A stretch of 57,708 bases of DNA, from the NCBI GenBank assembly GCA_039030215.1, contig JBCCEP010000001.1, positions 1-57,708 of the forward strand. Reading direction: 5' to 3'. This document shows, piece by piece, positions 48,457-57,708 of this stretch (positions are counted from its first letter, which is position 1; each line of letters begins with the position of its first letter). The notes under the pieces are model-generated. The model made no database searches and had not been told where the DNA came from. It worked only from the letters and a program-made list of their open reading frames with translations. The DNA comes from Pseudomonadota bacterium. GTDB lineage: Bacteria > Pseudomonadota > Alphaproteobacteria > Rhizobiales > Rhizobiaceae. The position numbers and the translations under genes were made by a program.

Positions 48457-49558
48457 CCGTTTTTCCACCGGAGGTTTCGGTAATCAGATCAGGCCTGGCC
48501 TTCGGGCTGGCTATTTCCTGTAACCCGGCAAGGGTCAGCCCGCCGTCGAGATTGGCTTGCGTCTCAGGGTCGATCCAGGGGTCGATCTTGAACTCCGGCG
48601 TTCCCACTTTTGGTGTATTGTCCGCAGGCGTAGTAACCGAAGATAATTCGGAAGTGGAAATATAGGCATCACCATAAACCTCGGCAAACGCATTGGAGGT
48701 CCTGCAGGTGCAGCTCTCGTCAAAGGTCTTTCGATAGTCGAATGCGGTTGGTAATTCCGTATAGGGCAGATCGGTACGATATGAAATCATATCCTCACTG
48801 TCCTGATTTGGCATTCGATGGAAATACAGTTCCACATCGGTGCCCGGGCACATGTTTTCGCAAGTCAATTCGTCATCACCAAACCGTTCGGAAACGGTGG
48901 AGAAGCTGATCGGGAAATAATACCCGTCGCAGGTGCGGACGCATAAGGTACGAAATGTTCCATATCGGCTGGCCAGGCCGGTATCGGGATCAAAATCGTT
49001 TCGGGTCCTGTATCCATCTTCGCCATAGGTACGCACACCAAAAATCTGTTCCAGCAGCGTCCGCCGTCTTGGCGCCTGATTCTGAACAGCGAATGCTTGA
49101 TTACTCCGACTGACCTGACAGCCGTAACGCTGGATATCGCGCATTACAGCATTACGTCTGGCACTGTTTCCGCCGCCACTTGGCGCATGGCTTGCACGCG
49201 TTCGTTCCAATTGGCGCAGATTATCCTGCATCTGGTCAAGGCTGGCCCGAATTCGTCCGCAAATACCAACCCGGAACAGGCCGGACAGGATACATCCATT
49301 GCGTCGCAGTGCATTTTCGGTCTTGGCAATCTGGGCGCGTTGATCGCGCACCGCGCGATCATATTCACGATATTGCTTTGAACCCCCTGAAAACCCACCG
49401 CCTGAATTAAGCGCTGCGAGCTCATTGGTAAGTTGGAGGCAAACAGCCGATTGCGCCTGGGCATCAGCCGTCCAGGCACCATACTGGATCGCGAAACAAA
49501 GCAACGCCACAGACGAAATTTTGCCGATTCTGGTGAACTGATTCAAGGTTTCGCGCAT
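48419..49558 (-). CDS. DUF2865 domain-containing secreted protein
   Basis: It has a signal peptide, a coiled-coil-like N-terminal half and the Cys-rich core [15 protein letters not shown]...CENMCPG typical of DUF2865 in Rhizobiales. It overlaps the gltX 3' end by 38 nt (convergent). Confidence 0.75.
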   Translation of the reverse strand: MRETLNQFTRIGKISSVALLCFAIQYGAWTADAQAQSAVCLQLTNELAALNSGGGFSGGSKQYREYDRAVRDQRAQIAKTENALRRNGCILSGLFRVGICGRIRASLDQMQDNLRQLERTRASHAPSGGGNSARRNAVMRDIQRYGCQVSRSNQAFAVQNQAPRRRTLLEQIFGVRTYGEDGYRTRNDFDPDTGLASRYGTFRTLCVRTCDGYYFPISFSTVSERFGDDELTCENMCPGTDVELYFHRMPNQDSEDMISYRTDLPYTELPTAFDYRKTFDESCTCRTSNAFAEVYGDAYISTSELSSVTTPADNTPKVGTPEFKIDPWIDPETQANLDGGLTLAGLQEIASPKARPDLITETSGGKTVRIVGPSFFPVQ

Positions 49559-49705
49559 CCCGCTAAGACCGATTCCTAAACTTCAAGAACGCCCTTTACA
49601 TTGCAAACACGGAGTTGACCAATGGTTGCGCCGGAAAAAGACACTAATTTTCAATTGTGTCGGCACCATGCCGTTATTCTACAGCTTAATCCAGTAGAAA
49701 TTTGT

Positions 49706-52018
49706 TTACTCGGCTTTCTGCATCGCCTCGACTGCCGCCAGCGCGCTCATGTTGAAAACACCGCGCGATGTCACGGATGGTGTCAGAACATGTACCGGCT
49801 TGGAAGTCCCTAGCAAGATCGGCCCGACATGCAAGGCATCCGTCATCTGCTTGACTACGTTCAAGGTTATGTTCGCCGAATCAAGATCGGGGAATACCAG
49901 CAGGTTGGCCTGTCCCTTCAGTCGTGAATTGGGCATGACCCGATCCCTGATCAATTGAGAAAGCGCCGTATCGCCATGCATTTCGCCATCCGCCTCCAGA
50001 TCGGGATCGCGTTCAAACAGGATTTCCACTGCCCGCCGCATCTTGATCGATCTCTCGGTTGATCGTGATCCGAAATCGGACGCAGATAGAAGCGCTGCTT
50101 TGGGCACCAGGCCGAAACGACGAATAGCGGTCGCTGCCAGCAAGGTCATTTCTGCCAATTCCTCGGCGGTCGGATTTTCAGTGACATAGGTATCGGTCAT
50201 GAAGTAGACGCCCTGCTGGTTTATCAGCATGGACAAACCTGACAGATCTCGAACAGTTGGCGCCTTTCCGATGATCATGTCGACATACTGCAAGTGTCTC
50301 TTGAATCGGCCGTCCAGCCCACACAGCATTGCATCTGCATCACCGCGCGCGACAGCCAGCGCCCCGATCACCGTATTGTTCGACCGAACGATTGTACGTG
50401 CCGCCTCTGGTGTAATGCCCTGGCGGCAGGTTTTTTCAATCATCAGGTCTACATAATCCCTGAACCGATCATCCTGCGACGGATTGACTATTTCGAAATC
50501 GGCACCCGCCCTGATCCGCAATCCATATCGTTCAAGGCGGCTTTCCACGACTTCCGGCCTGCCGACAAGAATCGGATTGCAGATCCCGTCTTCAATCGCA
50601 ATTTGTGCTGCCCTTAGAACCCGTTCATCTTCGCCATCGGTATAAATGACCCGTTGCTTGACGGTCCGCGCCTTCTCGATCACCGGCTTCATGATCAGGC
50701 CGGATCGGAAGACGAAACGGTTCAAACGATCCAGATAGACATCAAAATCTTCCATCGGACGTGTCGCCACGCCGGTATCCATCGCGGCCCGGGCAACGGC
50801 CGGTGCAATTCTGAGGATCAATCTTTGATCGAACGGGGAGGGGATCAGGTAGTTCGGACCGAACACCGGCGCTTCACCGCCATAGGCGCGTGCAGCGACG
50901 TCGGATGCTTCCTCATGCGCCAGCTCGGCAATCGCCTTTACCGCCGCGAGCTTCATTTCCTCGTTGATCGTCGTTGCCCCAACATCCAGCGCACCTCGAA
51001 AGATATAGGGAAAGCAAAGCACATTGTTGACCTGATTTGGAAAATCAGAACGACCGGTACAAATCATCGCATCCGGGCGCACCTCTCTTGCGGTCTCGGG
51101 CATGATTTCCGGATGCGGATTTGCAAGCGCCAGAACCAGCGGGTCTTTGGCCATCTTCTCGATCATTTCGGCTTTCAGCACACCGCCCGCAGAAAGACCA
51201 AGAAATATATCCGCATCGGGAATGACATCAGATAGCGTCCGCGCTTTGGTTTCCTGGGCGAAGGCTTCCTTATATTTGTCCATCAATGCCTCACGGCCCT
51301 TGTAGACGACGCCTTCTATATCCGTGACGAAGATGTTTTCCCGTTTTGCGCCAAGCGAAAGCAATACGTTCAGGCAGGCAAGCGCCGCGGCGCCAGCGCC
51401 AGACACCACAATCTTCACATCCTCAAGCTTCTTGCCTGCAAGCTCCAGAGCATTTAGCGCTGCCGCACCGACAATTATAGCAGTGCCATGCTGGTCATCG
51501 TGGAAGACCGGAATGTTCATCCGTTCCCGCAGACATTTCTCGATTTCGAAACATTCGGGCGCCTTGATATCTTCAAGATTGATTCCGCCAAATGTAGGCT
51601 CCAGCGCAGCAACCACATTGCAGAATTCGTCGACCTGATACTCTTCGACCTCAATATCGAACACATCGATCCCGGCAAATTTCTTGAACAGGACCGCCTT
51701 GCCCTCCATCACGGGTTTTGAAGCGAGCGGACCTATATTGCCAAGCCCGAGAACCGCTGTTCCATTGGAAATAACCGCAACAAGATTGCCGCGTGCCGTG
51801 TAGTCTGCTGCGCGAAGCGGATCATCATTGATGGAAAGACAGGGTGCAGCCACGCCCGGCGAATAGGCAAGTGCCAGATCCCGTTGGTTTCCAAGCGGCT
51901 TCGTCGCACCAATTGCGAGCTTACCGGGTGCCGGAAACTGGTGATAATGAAGGGCACTTTCTTCCAGCTCACTGGCCGGCTGATATCCCGTCTTTTTCTC
52001 TTTGCCTTCTGTCGACAT
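49706..52018 (-). CDS. maeB: NADP-dependent malic enzyme with a C-terminal phosphotransacetylase-like domain
   Basis: 770 aa. Contains malic enzyme motifs ([15 protein letters not shown]) and a C-terminal PTA-like domain. Confidence 0.95.
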   Translation of the reverse strand: MSTEGKEKKTGYQPASELEESALHYHQFPAPGKLAIGATKPLGNQRDLALAYSPGVAAPCLSINDDPLRAADYTARGNLVAVISNGTAVLGLGNIGPLASKPVMEGKAVLFKKFAGIDVFDIEVEEYQVDEFCNVVAALEPTFGGINLEDIKAPECFEIEKCLRERMNIPVFHDDQHGTAIIVGAAALNALELAGKKLEDVKIVVSGAGAAALACLNVLLSLGAKRENIFVTDIEGVVYKGREALMDKYKEAFAQETKARTLSDVIPDADIFLGLSAGGVLKAEMIEKMAKDPLVLALANPHPEIMPETAREVRPDAMICTGRSDFPNQVNNVLCFPYIFRGALDVGATTINEEMKLAAVKAIAELAHEEASDVAARAYGGEAPVFGPNYLIPSPFDQRLILRIAPAVARAAMDTGVATRPMEDFDVYLDRLNRFVFRSGLIMKPVIEKARTVKQRVIYTDGEDERVLRAAQIAIEDGICNPILVGRPEVVESRLERYGLRIRAGADFEIVNPSQDDRFRDYVDLMIEKTCRQGITPEAARTIVRSNNTVIGALAVARGDADAMLCGLDGRFKRHLQYVDMIIGKAPTVRDLSGLSMLINQQGVYFMTDTYVTENPTAEELAEMTLLAATAIRRFGLVPKAALLSASDFGSRSTERSIKMRRAVEILFERDPDLEADGEMHGDTALSQLIRDRVMPNSRLKGQANLLVFPDLDSANITLNVVKQMTDALHVGPILLGTSKPVHVLTPSVTSRGVFNMSALAAVEAMQKAE

Positions 52019-52044
52019 GCGTCATTCCATTTACAAGCTATTAT

Positions 52045-52872
52045 TCAAAATGCGTTTTGGTTGAGGCCACCATCAACCAGGAAGTTTCGGCCGGTGATGT
52101 ATCCACCATGGACGGAGCAAAGGAACGCGCACAGAGCACCAAATTCATCTGCTGTACCAAGACGTTTTGCTGGGATTGGTTCGATTTCTCTCTCCCGCGC
52201 TTCCTCCCGCGAGATGTTTAGCTGTTGAGCCATGAAAGCGAAACCGGATTTGAGACGATCGGTATCCATTTTTCCCGGCAATATCTGATTGATCGTCACA
52301 TCATGGCTGGCAATTGAACGGGCTACTCCGGCGAGAAATGACGTCAGTCCGGCTCTTGCCCCGGAAGACAGATCCAGACCCGGAACCGCAGTATAAACCG
52401 AAAGCGAGGTAATGTTGACGATGCGGCCAAAGCCGCGTTCGCACATTCCGTCGACTGTTTTCTGAATGAGCTCGATCGGTGTCACCATGTTTTGAGTAAC
52501 ACCCTGCAATATGTCATCGCGCGACAATTCCCGGAAATCCCGACGCGGTGGTCCGCCATTATTGTTGACCAGTATGTCTGGTTGCGGGCAGGCCTCAAGC
52601 AGGGCTGCCTGCCCCTCATAAGTGGAAACATCCGCCAGTACCGGGACAATGTTTCCCTTTCCCAGTTTCGATAAGGCTTCTGCGGTTTCATTGGTGGCCG
52701 CTTCATCGCGTCCATTGACAACGACATCGCATCCGGCTTGCGCCAGATGCATTGCGCAGCCTCTGCCCAGACCGCGGCTCGACGCGCACACAATTGCTTT
52801 CTTCCCGGATATACCCAAATCCAACGCTGTTCTCCCCTTATCGTGATTTTGGTAGCAGATGCCGTCAAACAT
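52045..52872 (-). CDS. SDR family oxidoreductase
   Basis: Contains ASSRGLGRG (TGxxxGxG-like) and NNGGPP motifs. The start is uncertain: ATG 52872, ATG 52896, or an internal TTG just before DLGISGKK. Confidence 0.85.
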   Translation of the reverse strand: MFDGICYQNHDKGRTALDLGISGKKAIVCASSRGLGRGCAMHLAQAGCDVVVNGRDEAATNETAEALSKLGKGNIVPVLADVSTYEGQAALLEACPQPDILVNNNGGPPRRDFRELSRDDILQGVTQNMVTPIELIQKTVDGMCERGFGRIVNITSLSVYTAVPGLDLSSGARAGLTSFLAGVARSIASHDVTINQILPGKMDTDRLKSGFAFMAQQLNISREEAREREIEPIPAKRLGTADEFGALCAFLCSVHGGYITGRNFLVDGGLNQNAF

Positions 52873-52988
52873 CAACCGGATTTCGGGCAAAGGCAATCGC
52901 TGCCGGAAGATTTATGAGAAGTTTTGCCGATAGATGATCTGCAAACGCAATTAATCATACTTCTTCGAAATTACTTATGTGAACCGAG

Positions 52989-53006
52989 GTGTCATATGAA
53001 TGTTAT
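52989..53006 (+). promoter_or_regulatory. Possible PhoB-binding Pho box
   Basis: GTGTCAT-ATGA-ATGTTAT against CTGTCAT-N4-CTGTCAT scores 6/7 plus 5/7. It lies 48-65 nt upstream of the plcP-like ATG and is flanked by a 9-bp direct repeat TTATGTGAA at 52975 and 53003. Confidence 0.35.
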
Positions 53007-53053
53007 GTGAATCGGACAATAGACCGGCAGGTTAAATAACTGGCAGGTGTGAC

Positions 53054-53869
53054 ATGCATGCCAAACATTTCCGTACGCTTTTCATATCGGATATCCATCT
53101 GGGAACAAGGGGTTGTCAGGCCGAAGCGCTACTCGATTTTCTAAGGGAACATGACGCAGAAAAGATCTATCTCGTTGGGGATATAGTCGATGGCTGGAGA
53201 CTGCGTCGAACTTGGTATTGGCCGCAGTTCCACAATGACGTGGTACAAAAATTACTCCGCAAGAGCCGCAAGGGTAGCGAGATAATTTACGTTCCTGGAA
53301 ATCACGACGAATTCTTGCGCAGCTATCTGGGCTCCCACTTCGGTGGCATCGAAGTTCGCGAACGTGACATCCATGAAACCGCAGATGGTCGTAAACTCCT
53401 GATCATTCATGGGGATCAGTTTGACGTGGTTGTTCGGAACGCCAAATTTCTCGCACATCTGGGTGACTGGGCCTATGTTTTTGCTCTTTCGGCCAATACC
53501 AAGTTCAATCGGATTCGGCGCTTTTTAGGTTTGCCTTACTGGTCGCTTTCCAAATGGGCCAAGCTCAAGGTCAAGGATGCCGTCAGTTTCATAGGCGAAT
53601 TCGAGAAGGCATTGGCCCGCGCGGCCAGGAATTGTGGCGCTGATGGCGTGGTCTGCGGCCATATCCATCACGCGGTGATCGGTGAACGGGAACAGATCCA
53701 ATATATAAACACTGGCGATTGGGTGGAAAGCTGCACCGCCGTTGTTGAAACCCATACCGGCGAACTGCAATTGATTGACTGGGCAGAGATTGCGCGCGGC
53801 AGGCTTGCCGAACTACGCGGAGCTACACCAGAATCAAGACATGCATCCGGTTCGATAGAAGCGGCCTGA
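53054..53869 (+). CDS. plcP: LpxH-like metallophosphoesterase, probably PlcP-type phospholipase C
   Basis: Contains calcineurin-like motifs (ISDIHLG, GDIVDGW, GNHD, GHIH). It is usually auto-annotated as UDP-2,3-diacylglucosamine diphosphatase. It is paired with a GT4 glycosyltransferase, as in the plcP-agt lipid-remodelling operon. Confidence 0.7.
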   Translation: MHAKHFRTLFISDIHLGTRGCQAEALLDFLREHDAEKIYLVGDIVDGWRLRRTWYWPQFHNDVVQKLLRKSRKGSEIIYVPGNHDEFLRSYLGSHFGGIEVRERDIHETADGRKLLIIHGDQFDVVVRNAKFLAHLGDWAYVFALSANTKFNRIRRFLGLPYWSLSKWAKLKVKDAVSFIGEFEKALARAARNCGADGVVCGHIHHAVIGEREQIQYINTGDWVESCTAVVETHTGELQLIDWAEIARGRLAELRGATPESRHASGSIEAA

Positions 53870-54924
53870 TGAAAATATTGTTTGTCACTGATGCCTGGCG
53901 CCCACAAATAAATGGGGTCGTAAGAACGCTCGAGGAATTGATCCGGGAATTGCAGGCGTTTGGATTTGAGATCGAGACAATAACGCCGGACCAGTTCATG
54001 ACAGTTCCAACGCCCGGATATCCGGAAATCAGGTTGGCGCTGGTCTTGTCTGGGATGTTGCGGAGGCGCATTGAAGAGGTCAATCCCGATCACATCCACA
54101 TAGCAACGGAAGGTCCGCTCGGCACGGCTGCACGGTCGGCCTGTTTGCGGACAAGACGGACATTTACCAGCAGCTATCATACCCGGTTTCCCGAATATCT
54201 GCGGGCGCGAGTACCAATACCTTTAGCCTGGACTTATGCCTGGCTGCGCCGGTTTCACAATTCGGGAACTGCGTGCCTGGTTGCTACAAGGAGTATCGCT
54301 GACGATCTGGAAAGCAGGGGATTCAACAATGTCGTCCCCTGGACCAGAGGTGTGGACCATGACCTATTCAAACCTCGCAAACAGTCTGAATTGGGCATTG
54401 GTCTTGATTGGAAGCGCCCCGTTTTTGTCAACGTCGGCCGGGTATCAGTCGAAAAGAACCTCGAAGCATTCCTGTCGCTGGATCTTCCTGGCACCAAACT
54501 GATCGTCGGCGACGGCCCGGCCCGCAATATGCTTGAAAAGAAATATCCCGAAGCGATCTTTGCCGGTGCGAAGTCGGGGCTGGAACTCGCCAAGTATTAC
54601 AATGCGGCGGATGTGTTTGTGTTCCCCAGTCTGACCGACACCTTCGGGAACGTTCTTCTTGAAGCACTGGCCAGCGGTCTGCCGGTCGCGGCATTTCCGG
54701 TTCCGGGTCCTTTGGATGTCATCGGCGACAGTGACGCCGGTATATTGGACAATGATTTAAAGAAGGCTGCTGTTGCGGCGCTGGACATCCCCTCAAAGGC
54801 AGCAGTGAAATATGCTTCCAAATTTACCTGGAATGAATGTGCCCGCATCTTCCTGCAATCAGCAAAAATTCCGGCCTATTCCGATGAGCCATCCGGGTCA
54901 TTGGTTTCATCCTCCGAAAACTGA
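53869..54924 (+). CDS. agt: GT4-family glycosyltransferase, probable Agt-type glycosyl-diacylglycerol synthase
   Basis: Starts MKILFVTDAWRPQINGVVRTL. The C-terminal EX7E region is FPSLTDTFGNVLLEALASG. Its start overlaps the plcP stop (TGATG). Confidence 0.7.
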   Translation: MKILFVTDAWRPQINGVVRTLEELIRELQAFGFEIETITPDQFMTVPTPGYPEIRLALVLSGMLRRRIEEVNPDHIHIATEGPLGTAARSACLRTRRTFTSSYHTRFPEYLRARVPIPLAWTYAWLRRFHNSGTACLVATRSIADDLESRGFNNVVPWTRGVDHDLFKPRKQSELGIGLDWKRPVFVNVGRVSVEKNLEAFLSLDLPGTKLIVGDGPARNMLEKKYPEAIFAGAKSGLELAKYYNAADVFVFPSLTDTFGNVLLEALASGLPVAAFPVPGPLDVIGDSDAGILDNDLKKAAVAALDIPSKAAVKYASKFTWNECARIFLQSAKIPAYSDEPSGSLVSSSEN

Positions 54925-55008
54925 CTTTGGCGCAAAAATAATCCTTGCGCCGTGATGGGGATTGTCCGATCAATGCCGATGATTTCAGCCTCAAGGGATG
55001 GACCTGTC

Positions 55009-56001
55009 ATGATACACGCCAAAATTCCGCCGTCGATTGAGGATGTGCGCGCTGCAGCAGGTCGACTGAAAGGCAAGGCAACAGTCACCCCTTTATTGCC
55101 AAATGATGTGCTTGGCTCGCTGACCGGCACAAATGCCTTCGTTAAGGCCGAGTGCTTGCAACGTACCGGCTCATTCAAGTTTCGTGGCGCCTATAACTCC
55201 CTTGCAGTGTTGCCGCAGGAAAAGCGTGACCTGGGCGTTGTCGCCTGTTCATCGGGCAATCACGGACAGGGCATTGCAGAAGCGGCGAGACTATTTGGAT
55301 GCAAGGCAACGATTATAATGCCCGCAGACGCACCGGTGCTTAAGGCCGCACGTGTCTCACGTTCGGGAGCAAAGATCATACGCTATGATCGCGCAACCGA
55401 AGACCGCGATGAAATGGCCCGCGAATTCAGCAAAAGGACCGGAGCGACGCTGATCCATCCCTATGAATATCGTGAAGTGATAGCGGGCCAGGGCACTTGC
55501 GGCATGGAGATCGTCGATCAGTTTGAGCAGCTGGAAACCAAACCGGATCGGATAGTCGTGTGTTGTGGCGGCGGCGGACTAAGCGCCGGTATTGCTCTGG
55601 CGGTTCATGAACGCTTTCCCAAGACGAAAGTCTGTACGGTCGAGCCCGAAGGCTTTGATGACTATCGCCGATCGCTGGAGGCAGGCAAGATCCTTGAAAA
55701 CAAGGCAACGACTGGTTCCATATGCGATGCCCTGATGGCGCCCCAGCCAGGCAGCATGAGCTTTGAGATCAACAAGACGCATATCGCTGAAAGTCTGGTG
55801 GTATCTGACCAGCAGGCGATGGAGGCGATACGTTTCGCATATGAAGAGCTGAAGCTTGTTATCGAGCCATCCGGTGCAGTTTCGATTGCCGCGCTCCTTG
55901 AGCAAAAAACTGCCTGGCGCGGTGAAACGGTTGCCTGCGTCTTGTCAGGCGGGAATATCGACCCCGACCTCTATACAAAGGTTCTCTCCGGGAATTCCTG
56001 A
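55009..56001 (+). CDS. PLP-dependent threonine/serine dehydratase family enzyme
   Basis: Contains the SFKFRGA PLP-lysine motif, SSGNHGQG and a GGGGL loop. The start was chosen at MIHAKIPPSIEDV; the ORF opens at 54952. Confidence 0.85.
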   Translation: MIHAKIPPSIEDVRAAAGRLKGKATVTPLLPNDVLGSLTGTNAFVKAECLQRTGSFKFRGAYNSLAVLPQEKRDLGVVACSSGNHGQGIAEAARLFGCKATIIMPADAPVLKAARVSRSGAKIIRYDRATEDRDEMAREFSKRTGATLIHPYEYREVIAGQGTCGMEIVDQFEQLETKPDRIVVCCGGGGLSAGIALAVHERFPKTKVCTVEPEGFDDYRRSLEAGKILENKATTGSICDALMAPQPGSMSFEINKTHIAESLVVSDQQAMEAIRFAYEELKLVIEPSGAVSIAALLEQKTAWRGETVACVLSGGNIDPDLYTKVLSGNS

Positions 56002-56025
56002 TGTGGTGCTGGTGGTTTGAGGGTC

Positions 56026-57009
56026 TCATCCCCATAATTTGGGGGAGGGCGGCGATACCTGCGCCCCTTCATAAACAAGACCGTCCTCCCGGTCCTGTGC
56101 CAGGATCAGCGGTCCGTCCAGATCAACAAAATGCGCTTGCTGAGCGAGCAGTATGGCTGGTGCCATCCCCAGGGACGTTCCGACCATACAGCCGACCATC
56201 AACGAAAATCCCAATTCGGTCGCTGTGCGGCACATTTTAATCGCCTCGGTCAGTCCACCGGCCTTGTCGAGCTTGACGTTGATACAATCATAACGCCCCA
56301 CCAGCATTTCGAGATCACTGCTCACATGAGCACTTTCATCCGCACAAATGGGAACTGGACGCGGTAATTCTGACAGTATTTCATCTTCACCCTTGGGCAG
56401 TGGCTGTTCAATCAAGACTATGTTCGGTTTCGCAGACTCATGCAGGAATTCGCTGATATTGCCGGCAGACCATGCTTCATTGGCATCAAGGATAATTCTG
56501 GAATTGGGTACGGCTGCTGCAACTGCTCGAATTCTTTCAGCATCACCCTCGCCGCCAAGCTTGACCTTTAGTAGCGGATAGTCAGTGAGCTTTTCGGCCA
56601 CATGCGCCATTTCGCCAGCTTCACCCAGACTGATCGTCGTTGCTGTGACAACCGGCCGGGGAGGGCGCAAACCAATCAGCTGATGAACCGGAACACCATT
56701 GGACTTTGCCTTCAAATCCCAAAGTGCACAATCAACCGCGTTTCTAGCTGCGCCCGGAGGCATGGCATCCACAATCGATTCCTGTGGTTCTCCAGCCTCG
56801 ACCTGATCTCGTATATCGTTGATTTGCTCCGAAACACGCTCAATTGTTTCGCCGTAGCGGGCATAGGGCACACATTCCCCGCGACCTCTGTGATCAGCCT
56901 GCGAAATTTCGCAGACGATCACCTCCGCGCTGGTCTTTGCGCCACGGGATATGTTGAAGCTGCCCTGGATAGGCCAGGATTCCGTTTGAAAGGTGAGTTT
57001 TCGTTTCAT
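56026..57009 (-). CDS. Enolase-superfamily dipeptide epimerase (L-Ala-D/L-Glu epimerase-like)
   Basis: 327 aa. Contains the KVKLG catalytic Lys, metal ligands (LDANE, IEQP, ADES) and a second Lys in KLDKAGG. Confidence 0.85.
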   Translation of the reverse strand: MKRKLTFQTESWPIQGSFNISRGAKTSAEVIVCEISQADHRGRGECVPYARYGETIERVSEQINDIRDQVEAGEPQESIVDAMPPGAARNAVDCALWDLKAKSNGVPVHQLIGLRPPRPVVTATTISLGEAGEMAHVAEKLTDYPLLKVKLGGEGDAERIRAVAAAVPNSRIILDANEAWSAGNISEFLHESAKPNIVLIEQPLPKGEDEILSELPRPVPICADESAHVSSDLEMLVGRYDCINVKLDKAGGLTEAIKMCRTATELGFSLMVGCMVGTSLGMAPAILLAQQAHFVDLDGPLILAQDREDGLVYEGAQVSPPSPKLWG

Positions 57010-57708
57010 CGCACAACTTCAAACAGACCAGCTGCGCCCATGCCGCCGCCAACACACATGGTGACGACCACATACTTCGCGCCGCGCCGTCGCCCTTCGA
57101 TGAGCACATGCCCGGTCAGTCGTGCGCCCGACATCCCATAGGGATGCCCAATGGAGATAGCACCCCCGTTTACATTGTATTTTTCCGGGTCGATTTGCAG
57201 CCGTTCCCGGCAATAAAGAGCCTGGCAGGCAAAGGCTTCATTGAGTTCCCACAGGTCAATATCGTCGACTGAAAGGCCGTGATATTTCAACAGTTTGGGA
57301 ACGGCATAAACCGGTCCGATGCCCATTTCATCAGGGTCGACGCCCGCAACCGCAATTCCGCGATAGATACCAAGCGATTCCAAGCCGCGTTTTTCTGCTT
57401 CCTTTTCTTCCATCAGGACGCAAGCCGAGGCGCCATCAGAAAGCTGGGACGCATTACCTGCGGTCACAAAGTTTCCGGGACCCTGAACCGGCTGCAGATT
57501 TGCCAGGCCATCTCTGTTGGTCTCGGGCCGGTTGCCCTCGTCCTTTTCCAGAGTGACCGTTTCGAGCAGCTCTTCACCGGTTTCCTTGTTGACGATCTTT
57601 TTGACCGTTTCCAGTGGCACGATTTCATCAGCAAACACACCAGCCTCTTGCGCCGCAGCGGTGCGCTGCTGGCTTTGCAGGCCATACTCGTCTTGGACTT
57701 CCCGGGAG
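57006..57708 (-). CDS. Thiolase (acetyl-CoA C-acyl/acetyltransferase), C-terminal part; the gene continues off the right edge
   Basis: The frame stays open to the window end ([31 protein letters not shown]...). The C-terminal thiolase signatures [19 protein letters not shown] and CVGGGMG are present. Confidence 0.9.
   Translation of the reverse strand, partial: SREVQDEYGLQSQQRTAAAQEAGVFADEIVPLETVKKIVNKETGEELLETVTLEKDEGNRPETNRDGLANLQPVQGPGNFVTAGNASQLSDGASACVLMEEKEAEKRGLESLGIYRGIAVAGVDPDEMGIGPVYAVPKLLKYHGLSVDDIDLWELNEAFACQALYCRERLQIDPEKYNVNGGAISIGHPYGMSGARLTGHVLIEGRRRGAKYVVVTMCVGGGMGAAGLFEVVR

Overview
This window looks like a core chromosomal segment of an alphaproteobacterium. A BA14K protein, a DUF2865 protein, an Irr/ICE-type box, a GAAC-N7-GAAC SOS box and the glnBA layout point to Hyphomicrobiales/Rhizobiales. 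It is densely packed with recognisable housekeeping genes: uvrA and ssb (divergent, with an SOS box), a CDF transporter, marC, gyrA, a LysE exporter, coaD, two cyclophilins, queA-tgt, an M23 peptidase, DUF455, bcp, a large AsmA/YhdP-like protein, tyrS, anmK, an aldo-keto reductase, a complete suf operon (nifS-like, sufB, cupin, sufC, sufD, sufS, sufT, sufA, then tenA), glnB-glnA with a near-perfect sigma-54 promoter, rhlE, a fasciclin protein, parE, BA14K, nadE, an MFS transporter, gltX, DUF2865, maeB, an SDR, a plcP-agt phosphate-stress lipid-remodelling pair, a threonine dehydratase-family enzyme, a dipeptide epimerase and a thiolase fragment. I found no rRNA or tRNA genes, CRISPR arrays, transposases, integrases, phage blocks or recognisable defence genes. 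I therefore cannot point to a convincing multi-gene novel system. The least explained signals are small loci. One is a signal-peptide ORF whose C-terminus is either an extreme Trp/Arg-rich peptide or a frameshifted Gly-rich protein (4442-4772). Another is a tandem pair of roughly 41-42 aa tail-anchored peptide genes in an AT-rich islet insulated by terminators (42800-43130). Two further sub-60-aa membrane peptide ORFs are absent from the ORF track (11251-11397 and 38008-38166). Other points are a cupin gene translationally coupled inside sufBCDS and a secreted protein of unknown function divergent from the CDF transporter. All functional calls rest on my recognition of protein motifs in the translations. 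No database search was run.
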